Shown one piece after another: positions 8,266-15,475 of a DNA stretch of 32,000 nt (positions are counted from its first letter, which is position 1; each line of letters starts with the position of its first letter). The stretch spans positions 5,646 through 37,645 of the forward strand of contig CANROY010000003.1 in the NCBI GenBank assembly GCA_947632355.1, read 5' to 3'. The DNA comes from an uncultured Bacilli bacterium (GTDB lineage Bacteria; Bacillota_I; Bacilli_A; RF39; UBA660). The notes beneath the pieces are model-generated. The model was not told the origin of the DNA. It made no database searches and worked only from the letters and a program-made list of their open reading frames with translations. Both the position numbers and the translations under genes were made by a program.

Positions 8266-9690
8266 ATGAAAGAATTAGTACGTGATATTACGAGCCGTGA
8301 TGTAGATTTTGCTAAGTGGTACACTGATGTTGTAAGAGTTGCTGATTTAGTAGATTATTCTTCGGTAAAGGGAAGTATGATTATTCGTCCTTATGGCTAT
8401 GCAATTTGGGAAAATATGATGAACATTCTTGACCAAGAATTTAAAAAACGTGGAACACTCAATGTGCAAATGCCTATGTTTATTCCAGAAAGCTTATTAA
8501 ATGTCGAAAAAGAACACGTAGAAGGATTTGCTCCTGAAGTGGCTTGGGTAACCCACGGAGGAAATGAAAAGTTAGAAGAAAGAATGTGTGTAAGACCTAC
8601 AAGTGAAGTCTTATTCTGCGACCATTTTAAAAAAATAATTAAATCCTATCGTGATTTACCCCTTATTTATAACCAATGGTGTACGATTGTAAGATGGGAA
8701 AAGACAACAAGACCTTTCTTACGTAGTCGTGAAATTTTATGGCAAGAAGGACATACGATGCATGCAAACCGTGAAGAAGCCATAGCTAAAACCAAAGAAA
8801 TGCTAAAAGTCTATGAAGATTTTCAAAGAAATTATCTTGCTTTACCCGTAATTGTTGGTAAAAAGAGCGATAAAGAAAAATTTGCGGGGGCAGAAGAAAC
8901 CTATACCATCGAAGCCATGATGTATGATGGTGTTGCTTTACAAAACGGAACAAGTCATTATTTTGGTCAAGGTTTTAGTAAAGCCTTTGGAATTGAGTTT
9001 TTAAATAAAGAAAATAAGTTAGAAAATCCTTATCAAACCAGTTGGGGTTGTACAACTCGTATGATTGGGGCTATTATTATGACCCATAGTGATGATTATG
9101 GACTTGTACTTCCACCAAAAATTGCTCCTATTAAAGTCAATTTAATTCCAATTGGAAAAAATGAAGAAGTTCTAAAAACAATGGAAGAAATTAAAGCATC
9201 TTTAGATAAGGAAAATATTACCAATACTATAGATACAAGTGATAAAACACCAGGATTTAAATTTGCAGAATCTGAAGTAAAGGGATATCCTATTCGTATG
9301 GAACTAGGCCCTAGAGACTTAGAACAAGGCGTTATTACGTTAGTTCGAAGAGATACATTAGAAAAGAAGACTGTTTCTATAAGTGATGTTGTTCGTGAAG
9401 TAGAAACTTTATTAGATGATATTCAAACCAATCTTTATAATCGTGCTTTAGAAAGACGTAATTCTATGTTGTATGATGCCCAAACTTGGGAAGAATTTTT
9501 ATCACTTGCCAATGTAAAACCAGGATTTATCAAAGTCAATTGGTGTGGGGATGTTTCGTGTGAAGATAAAATCAAAAATGAAACCGGTTATAAATCTCGT
9601 TGTATTATAGAAGAAGAAAAAGCGGATGGAAAATGCGTTTGCTGTGGAAAAGAAGCCAAATGCAAAATCTACTTTGGTAAACAATACTAA
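8266..9690 (+). CDS. proS: Prolyl-tRNA synthetase, short archaeal/eukaryote-like type without an editing insertion
   Basis: The class II aaRS motifs include RPTSE and FLRSREILWQEGHT. The 474-aa length and the Cys-rich C-terminal domain (WCGDVSCEDK...CVCCGKEAKC) fit this type. Confidence 0.9.
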   Translation: MKELVRDITSRDVDFAKWYTDVVRVADLVDYSSVKGSMIIRPYGYAIWENMMNILDQEFKKRGTLNVQMPMFIPESLLNVEKEHVEGFAPEVAWVTHGGNEKLEERMCVRPTSEVLFCDHFKKIIKSYRDLPLIYNQWCTIVRWEKTTRPFLRSREILWQEGHTMHANREEAIAKTKEMLKVYEDFQRNYLALPVIVGKKSDKEKFAGAEETYTIEAMMYDGVALQNGTSHYFGQGFSKAFGIEFLNKENKLENPYQTSWGCTTRMIGAIIMTHSDDYGLVLPPKIAPIKVNLIPIGKNEEVLKTMEEIKASLDKENITNTIDTSDKTPGFKFAESEVKGYPIRMELGPRDLEQGVITLVRRDTLEKKTVSISDVVREVETLLDDIQTNLYNRALERRNSMLYDAQTWEEFLSLANVKPGFIKVNWCGDVSCEDKIKNETGYKSRCIIEEEKADGKCVCCGKEAKCKIYFGKQY

Positions 9691-9770
9691 CAATATTTGG
9701 TAAAAACCAATTATTGTTTTTATTTTTCTTTTTTTCTTGTTAAAACTACTACTAGTGAGGTAGTGATAGT

Positions 9771-10745
9771 ATGGAAAGATTAAAAATCATTTTAAGTTTT
9801 TTATTGCTTTTTTATCCAAGTATTGTTCTTGCCTATTCGAGTAGAATCATTGTAGGTGGAGAAAATATTGGAATCAATATTCATAGTAAAGGCGTATTAG
9901 TTGTCGGTTTTTACAAAGTAAATGGTAAGGACGTAGCAACAGAGCCTGCTATTCAAATAGGAGATTACATTACAAAAGTCGGTAATGTTGAAATCAATTC
10001 GATTAATGAACTAACCAATGAGATAGAACGACAAATAAAGGATTCCAAAATCGAATTAACCTTTACGCGTGATGGAAAAGAATATCAAAGCAATATGTCT
10101 TTAATTGAACAAGACCATATTTTTAAAACAGGTTTATATGTAAAAGATAGTATTACAGGAATTGGGACTCTTACCTATATTGACCCAGAAAGTAAAATAT
10201 TTGGGGCTTTAGGGCACGAAATTATTGAAGCGAATTCCAATAAACGAATTGAAGTTAAAACCGGGACGATTTTTAATAGTACCATTACCGGTATTCATAA
10301 AAGTAGTGATGGAACACCAGGAGAGAAAAAAGCCAATTTTAAACCAAATGTTGTGTATGGAACGATTAACAAAAATACTGAATATGGACTTTTTGGAACT
10401 TATAACGCTACTTTAGATGCTTCAAGTACTTATGAAGTAGCAACAAAAGAAGAAGTGAAAGTTGGAGATGCAACCATTCGTACCGTTTTAAATGGCGAGG
10501 AAGTAAAAGAATATTCTATTTATATTAATAAAATCAATGAATATAACAAGATTAAAAACTTATCATTTGAAATTACGGATTCTGAACTTTTAGACAAAGC
10601 CGGAGGGATTGTGCAAGGAATGAGTGGAAGTCCTATTATTCAAAATGGTAAAATAATTGGTGCCGTTACCCATGTTATAGTCGATAACGTAAAAACAGGC
10701 TATGGTATCTTTATTACTACAATGTTAGAAGAAGGCGAACAATAA
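9771..10745 (+). CDS. spoIVB: SpoIVB-like serine peptidase (S55) with signal peptide and PDZ domain
   Basis: The N-terminal signal/anchor is followed by the PDZ-like segment IQIGDYITKVGNVEINS. The catalytic region GMSGSPIIQNGKIIGAVTHV is typical of SpoIVB. Confidence 0.85.
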   Translation: MERLKIILSFLLLFYPSIVLAYSSRIIVGGENIGINIHSKGVLVVGFYKVNGKDVATEPAIQIGDYITKVGNVEINSINELTNEIERQIKDSKIELTFTRDGKEYQSNMSLIEQDHIFKTGLYVKDSITGIGTLTYIDPESKIFGALGHEIIEANSNKRIEVKTGTIFNSTITGIHKSSDGTPGEKKANFKPNVVYGTINKNTEYGLFGTYNATLDASSTYEVATKEEVKVGDATIRTVLNGEEVKEYSIYINKINEYNKIKNLSFEITDSELLDKAGGIVQGMSGSPIIQNGKIIGAVTHVIVDNVKTGYGIFITTMLEEGEQ

Positions 10746-10805
10746 GCCTTTTTTTGACATTTTTTTTAAGTCTTTTTTGCTATAACACTCTTAGGTGATG
10801 GAATT

Positions 10806-11237
10806 TTGAAAACAACTTTAAAAGTAATTCTTTTTTCTTCCTTTGTAGGAATCGTTCTAGCATGCCTATTTTTCTTTAATGTGAAGGAAAAAGCTGAAGC
10901 GAAAAACAAACCGATTTTATACGCTTTTCAAGTCGGTGTCTTTAAAAATAGAGATAATGCAACACTATTTAAGGAAAAGTATAAAACCAGTGCTCTTATC
11001 TATGATGGGGAATACTATCGCGTTTATATTGGGGTCACAACAAACAATAAAGAGGAATTAGAAAGTCTATTTAATCAAGAGGGTTATCATTATTATATAA
11101 AAGAACTAGAAGTTACGAGTGGTTTATATGCAGAAATGGAAAAATACGATTATTTACTCAAGAATAGTAGTGAAGAAAGTAAGTTTTCTATCATTCAAAA
11201 GATGCTAGAAAGTGTAAGCAATGAATTACAAAATTAA
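10806..11237 (+). CDS. Membrane-anchored SPOR-domain protein
   Basis: An N-terminal TM helix is followed by YAFQVGVFKNRDNATLFKEKY...YYRVYIGV, a SPOR-like peptidoglycan-binding pattern. The start is TTG after the SD AGGTGATGG. Confidence 0.55.
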   Translation: MKTTLKVILFSSFVGIVLACLFFFNVKEKAEAKNKPILYAFQVGVFKNRDNATLFKEKYKTSALIYDGEYYRVYIGVTTNNKEELESLFNQEGYHYYIKELEVTSGLYAEMEKYDYLLKNSSEESKFSIIQKMLESVSNELQN

Positions 11238-11901
11238 AGATTTACCTTTTGATGAAAGACCTCGTGAAAAGTTAAAGAATAGGGGAGCAGAAAGTTTATC
11301 CAATGAAGAATTAATTGCGATTATACTAAGGTGCGGAAATAAAAATGAAAGCGTAAAAGATTTAGCCATTCGTCTAGTAAAACACTTTAAAAACTTTGCT
11401 AATTTAAATAGTATCAGTTACCAAGATTTAATTCAAATAAAAGGAATTAAGGAAGCAAAAGCCATTACGTTACTTGCTGCTATTGAACTTGGAAAAAGGC
11501 TTGCCAACCCCATAAAAGAAGAGAAAATAAAGATTGTGAATGCAGAAGTGTTATATGAATTCTTTCGTTTAAAAATTTTAAATGTTAAGCAAGAAAAACT
11601 ATTTGCAGTCTTCTTAAATACCAAAAACGAAATGATTTCCTATGAAACTATTTTTGTTGGAACGCAAAATAAAAGTATTACGCATCCTAGAGAAATATTT
11701 CACGAAGCCATTAAAAATAGTGCCGTAAAACTCATTTTACTTCATAACCATCCAACGGGAGATACAACCCCAAGTAAAGAAGATATCGAATTTACCAAAA
11801 TGATTAAAGAAACAGGAGAACTTTTGCAAATTCCTTTAATTGACCATTTGATTATTAGTGAACACAACTATTTTAGTTTTTTTGACCATCAAATGCTTTA
11901 A
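11221..11901 (+). CDS. radC: RadC-family JAB-domain protein
   Basis: PREKLKNRGAESLSNEELIAIILRCG is followed by a helix-hairpin-helix (LIQIKGIKEAKA). The JAMM motif is LLHNHPTGDTTPSKEDIEFT. Confidence 0.9.
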   Translation: MNYKIKDLPFDERPREKLKNRGAESLSNEELIAIILRCGNKNESVKDLAIRLVKHFKNFANLNSISYQDLIQIKGIKEAKAITLLAAIELGKRLANPIKEEKIKIVNAEVLYEFFRLKILNVKQEKLFAVFLNTKNEMISYETIFVGTQNKSITHPREIFHEAIKNSAVKLILLHNHPTGDTTPSKEDIEFTKMIKETGELLQIPLIDHLIISEHNYFSFFDHQML

Positions 11902-11940
11902 AATAAAAAAAGTTTTCCATACTATAATTAGGTGATAAGT

Positions 11941-12603
11941 ATGACACGTAAAGGAAGAAATTTACTTATTATTCTTTTTATCTTTTGTATGCTTTTAAGA
12001 GAAGAAGTCATTTCTTTTTTCTTTCGTGCAACAAGCATTCGAGAAACCGAAAATCAAATTTGTGAAATTAAAAATAAAGAATTAGAAACAAAGTACCAAG
12101 AATTAGTTGCAAGTTACGGTTATGAAGAAAATATAGAATACACAACAGAAAAATCAAAAGTTTTGTTTAACAATATTTATGATTTAGAAAAGAGTTTAAT
12201 GATCTATAAGGGAAGTAAAGAAGGTATAAAGCCTAACTTTTTAGTTGTCAATGAAAATGGTTTAGTTGGTATCATAAAAGAAGTCTATAAACATAGTAGT
12301 AAAGTTTTATTACTTACTAATAAAGAGACCAATTTATCTGTAAAAGTAGGAAATTCCTATGGTATTTTAACAAGTAAAGATGGTAAATTACAAATTAGTG
12401 GTATTGACAATAAACAAGAGATATCCAAAAATATGGAAGTAAGAACAAGTGATTTATCTTTGTATCCCGAAAATATATTAATTGGCTATGTAGAAAATGT
12501 AGAAATGGACACTTATGAAATTGAACAAAAAATTTCCGTAACACCTGCTGTGTCTTCTATAAAATACGTAAGCATTATTACGGAATTAAGAGGTGTAGAA
12601 TGA
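11941..12603 (+). CDS. mreC: Rod shape-determining protein MreC
   Basis: The protein has a TM segment, a coiled coil and a beta-rich C-terminus (VVNENGLVGIIKEV...SKVLLL). It sits upstream of mreD. ATG 11941 follows the SD AGGTGA. Confidence 0.8.
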   Translation: MTRKGRNLLIILFIFCMLLREEVISFFFRATSIRETENQICEIKNKELETKYQELVASYGYEENIEYTTEKSKVLFNNIYDLEKSLMIYKGSKEGIKPNFLVVNENGLVGIIKEVYKHSSKVLLLTNKETNLSVKVGNSYGILTSKDGKLQISGIDNKQEISKNMEVRTSDLSLYPENILIGYVENVEMDTYEIEQKISVTPAVSSIKYVSIITELRGVE

Positions 12604-12962
12604 TTTTCCTTCTTTTTTTATTAGATGTATGTTTTTATAACTATACTTCCATTTCCTCTTTCTTTATTTTAAATAGTTTTCTAGAACCAAAAGAAAAGAA
12701 GTCCTATTTTTTTCTCTTCTTACTCTTAATTGAACTTCTATTACACACCCATTTTCGATTTTTTCTTCTTTTAAGTCTCTTGTTTTTCTTTAATTCTTTA
12801 TGTAAGCTTCCAAAAAACAAAACCTACTTTCAACTTATACGTTTCCTATTAAACTATCTCCTTTTACAAGTTGGATTTCTTCTTCTATTCCATCGATTTG
12901 TTTTTGATGCTTTAGGACTTTTCTTATCATTCCTTTTCTCATACATTTGTCATAAAAAGTAA
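12600..12962 (+). CDS. mreD: Rod shape-determining protein MreD (call based on position and hydrophobicity)
   Basis: The 120-aa polytopic hydrophobic protein has a start that overlaps the mreC stop. Confidence 0.6.
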   Translation: MIFLLFLLDVCFYNYTSISSFFILNSFLEPKEKKSYFFLFLLLIELLLHTHFRFFLLLSLLFFFNSLCKLPKNKTYFQLIRFLLNYLLLQVGFLLLFHRFVFDALGLFLSFLFSYICHKK

Positions 12963-12993
12963 ATTTTTTCATATAGTGTAGTGGTGAAGAAAG

Positions 12994-13614
12994 ATGAATC
13001 CAACTGTACTAGATATCAAAAGAAATATTCGTAGTAAACGTAGTGTATTTTTAGAGCAAAAAAATCAAAAAAGTCCTTCTAAAAACACCTATATTTCAGG
13101 ACTTTTTACAAGAACTCTCCTTAGTGTCATTTTTGTTTTAGTTTGTGCCATCTTCGTTAAATCAAGCGATAAAAATCTTTTACTTTTTAAAGATTACTTA
13201 TTTAACGATACCCTTGCTTTTTCAAAAATCAATGAACTTTACACCACCTATTTTGGTAAAATCGTACCAGAACCGATTGCAACTTCTATACCCGTTTCGA
13301 ATACGGAGAGTGATTATGTAAATATCGAAGAAATGGATAATAGTTACAAACTTACATTAACGGGAAATACTATGCGTTTCTTACAAAGTGGCATTATTGT
13401 CTTTATTGGAGAAAAAGAAAACCTAGGAACAACTGTAATTGTCCAAGGTATTGATGGCGTCGATATTTGGTATTCAAATTTAAGTAATATCAATTTAAGT
13501 ATGTATGATTATGTGGAAAAAGACAGTTTAGTAGGAGAGTTTAAGGATGCAACGAGTATTCTAACTTTTATGGAGAATGGTGCTTATAAGAGTTATGATG
13601 GCTATCTTTCATAA
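12994..13614 (+). CDS. SpoIVFA-like protein with a degenerate M23/LytM domain
   Basis: A TM segment is followed by the C-terminal GIIVFIGEKENLGTTVIVQGIDGVDIWYSNLSNINLSMYDYVEKDSLVG, a LytM fold pattern lacking the His metal ligands. It lies immediately upstream of the M50 protease, as in the spoIVFA-spoIVFB arrangement. Confidence 0.55.
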   Translation: MNPTVLDIKRNIRSKRSVFLEQKNQKSPSKNTYISGLFTRTLLSVIFVLVCAIFVKSSDKNLLLFKDYLFNDTLAFSKINELYTTYFGKIVPEPIATSIPVSNTESDYVNIEEMDNSYKLTLTGNTMRFLQSGIIVFIGEKENLGTTVIVQGIDGVDIWYSNLSNINLSMYDYVEKDSLVGEFKDATSILTFMENGAYKSYDGYLS

Positions 13615-14374
13615 ATGGAAAATAAATCCCTTTACGTATTTTATTTTTCTTAGTTTTTTACTGACTGGCTATATTAAAAATATTCTTCTTATCTTTCTAA
13701 TTCTTTGTATTCACGAACTAGGACATATTTTTTTCTTAAAACGTTTTTCCTATCCCATTGTCCGTGTTGAGATATTTCCTTTCGGAGGCATTACAACGAC
13801 TGAAAAACCAATCAATACTCCCATTAATCAAGATATTTGCATTTATTTGGGAGGGGTTCTTTTTCAAGGTATTCTATTTTTTCTTTTTTCTTTTTTGTAT
13901 CAAAATGGTTTTCTATACGAAAATACATACCATTTATTTTTAAAATACAATAGGAGTATTCTATGTTTTAATTTACTTCCTATAAAACCTTTAGATGGGG
14001 GAGAAATTATGGAACTCCTATTTGAAAAATTTTTTCCCTATACCAAGTCTTTTTCTTTAAGTATTACTGTATCGTTTTTCTTTTTACTTATATTCCTTCT
14101 TTATAATATAAAATGTAATTTAAATGGCTATATCGTGATTAGTTTTTTACTCTATAAAATACTAGATTTTACCAAAAAGAAAGAGCATTATAAAAATAAG
14201 TTTTATTTAGAACGGTATTTGTATACATTTCCTTATAAAAAAATTGAGCATCATGAAGTACAAGATATCACGCTTTTAAAGAAAGAAACCTTACATTTTT
14301 TTAAAGAAAACCAAAAATATCGTCATGAAAAAGAAATTTTGCAGGAAAAATTTGACATTCATACCTATTTTTGA
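13577..14374 (+). CDS. spoIVFB: Site-2 metalloprotease (M50), SpoIVFB-like
   Basis: The HELGH motif (CIHELGHIFF) and NLLPIKPLDGG motif lie in a polytopic membrane protein. The start is uncertain among 13577, 13595 and 13598. Confidence 0.8.
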   Translation: MVLIRVMMAIFHKWKINPFTYFIFLSFLLTGYIKNILLIFLILCIHELGHIFFLKRFSYPIVRVEIFPFGGITTTEKPINTPINQDICIYLGGVLFQGILFFLFSFLYQNGFLYENTYHLFLKYNRSILCFNLLPIKPLDGGEIMELLFEKFFPYTKSFSLSITVSFFFLLIFLLYNIKCNLNGYIVISFLLYKILDFTKKKEHYKNKFYLERYLYTFPYKKIEHHEVQDITLLKKETLHFFKENQKYRHEKEILQEKFDIHTYF

Positions 14375-14380
14375 TAAAAT
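14352..14380 (+). promoter_or_regulatory. Sigma-A promoter of the rplU-prp-rpmA operon
   Basis: TTGACA (14352-14357), a 17-nt spacer, then TGaTAAAAT (extended -10, 14372-14380). Confidence 0.55.
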
Positions 14381-14470
14381 TTAATACGTTTGAAAGGGCT
14401 TTCCTTTCTAAACCACATGGAAGAGGTTTTAAAAACTAAGTTTGCCTTTACAGTGAGTCTTAAATATAAA
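14381..14470 (+). promoter_or_regulatory. Possible ribosomal protein L21 leader RNA
   Basis: This is a structured ~90-nt 5' UTR upstream of rplU. One hairpin pairs GAAAGG (14392-14397) with CCTTTC (14403-14408), and a second pairs AAACC with GGTTT. L21 leaders are known at this position in Firmicutes, but no covariance search could be run. Confidence 0.3.
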
Positions 14471-14481
14471 GGAGGTAAGAA

Positions 14482-14784
14482 ATGAAAGCAATATTTGTTA
14501 CAGGTGGAAAACAATATTATGTAGCAGAAGGTGACGTTCTTTACGTTGAAAAATTACCAAACGAAGTTGGTAGTGAAGTAACTTTTACAGATGTTTTATT
14601 TGCCAATGGTGTTGCAGGTGATCCTTATGTAAAAGGTGCTAAAGTGGTTTGTACAGTAGAAAAACACGGAAAACAAAAGAAAATTATTATTTTCAAGTAT
14701 AGACCAAAAAAGAAATCTCGTAAAAAACAAGGTCATAGACAACCTTATACAAAACTTGTCGTTAAAAAAATAGAAGTTAAATAA
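14482..14784 (+). CDS. rplU: 50S ribosomal protein L21
   Basis: [25 protein letters not shown] and the basic C-terminus fit L21. The SD is AAGGAGG. Confidence 0.97.
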   Translation: MKAIFVTGGKQYYVAEGDVLYVEKLPNEVGSEVTFTDVLFANGVAGDPYVKGAKVVCTVEKHGKQKKIIIFKYRPKKKSRKKQGHRQPYTKLVVKKIEVK

Positions 14785-14786
14785 GT

Positions 14787-15098
14787 ATGATAAAAGTATG
14801 TATAGTAAAAAGAAATAGTAGCATCGAAAAAATTCAAATAAAAGGTCATGCCGGTTATGCAGAATATGGATACGATATTGTTTGTAGTGCCGTATCAAGT
14901 GTTGTTACAACAACGATTAATGCTCTATATGCATTTGAAGAATCCATTGAAGTTTTTGATAAAGAAACTTTAGAAATAGTAGTAAAAAAACACGATAACA
15001 TAACGGATACTTTACTTGAAAATATGATTGCTATGTTAAAAGGAATTGAAAATCAATATAAAGAAAATATAAGAATGGAGGAGAAAAACGAATGTTAA
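14787..15098 (+). CDS. prp: Ribosomal-processing cysteine protease Prp (YsxB)
   Basis: [18 protein letters not shown] is the catalytic His/Cys region. The gene lies between rplU and rpmA. Confidence 0.9.
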   Translation: MIKVCIVKRNSSIEKIQIKGHAGYAEYGYDIVCSAVSSVVTTTINALYAFEESIEVFDKETLEIVVKKHDNITDTLLENMIAMLKGIENQYKENIRMEEKNEC

Positions 15099-15376
15099 GA
15101 TTTGCGTTTAATTTACAACGTTTTGCTCACATTAAAGCTCAAGGTTCTACTAAAAACGGCCGTGATAGTGCTGGTAGAAGACTAGGTGCTAAAGCAAGTG
15201 ATGGAGAATTTGTTAGTGCTGGTTCTATTCTATATCGTCAAAGAGGTACAAAAATTTATCCAGGAACAAACGTTGGAATGGGAAAAGATCACACTTTATT
15301 TGCAAAAATAGATGGTCTTGTTAAATTCGAAAGATTAGGAAGAGATAAAAAGAAAGTAAGCGTTTACGAAAAGTAA
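15092..15376 (+). CDS. rpmA: 50S ribosomal protein L27 with a Prp-cleaved N-terminal extension
   Basis: [12 protein letters not shown] is followed by [20 protein letters not shown]. This is the Firmicutes-type propeptide plus the conserved L27 core. Confidence 0.97.
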   Translation: MLRFAFNLQRFAHIKAQGSTKNGRDSAGRRLGAKASDGEFVSAGSILYRQRGTKIYPGTNVGMGKDHTLFAKIDGLVKFERLGRDKKKVSVYEK

Positions 15377-15386
15377 GCGTTTTTTT
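15361..15386 (+). terminator. Rho-independent terminator of the rplU operon
   Basis: Stem CGTTTAC (15361-15367) pairs with GTAAGCG (15373-15379), including one G-U pair. The loop is GAAAA and a T7 run follows. The hairpin overlaps the rpmA stop codon. Confidence 0.6.
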
Positions 15387-15409
15387 ATCTTTTTTTTCTA
15401 AAAACTTTG

Positions 15410-15418
15410 TGGTAAAAT
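15410..15418 (+). promoter_or_regulatory. Extended -10 promoter element upstream of the DGR target gene
   Basis: The element is TGgTAAAAT, with no clear -35. It lies 27 nt upstream of ATG 15445. Confidence 0.35.
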
Positions 15419-15475
15419 GAATTTAAGATAAGGAGAGATAAAAAATGAAGAATTTAAGAAATACTCTCCCAACCA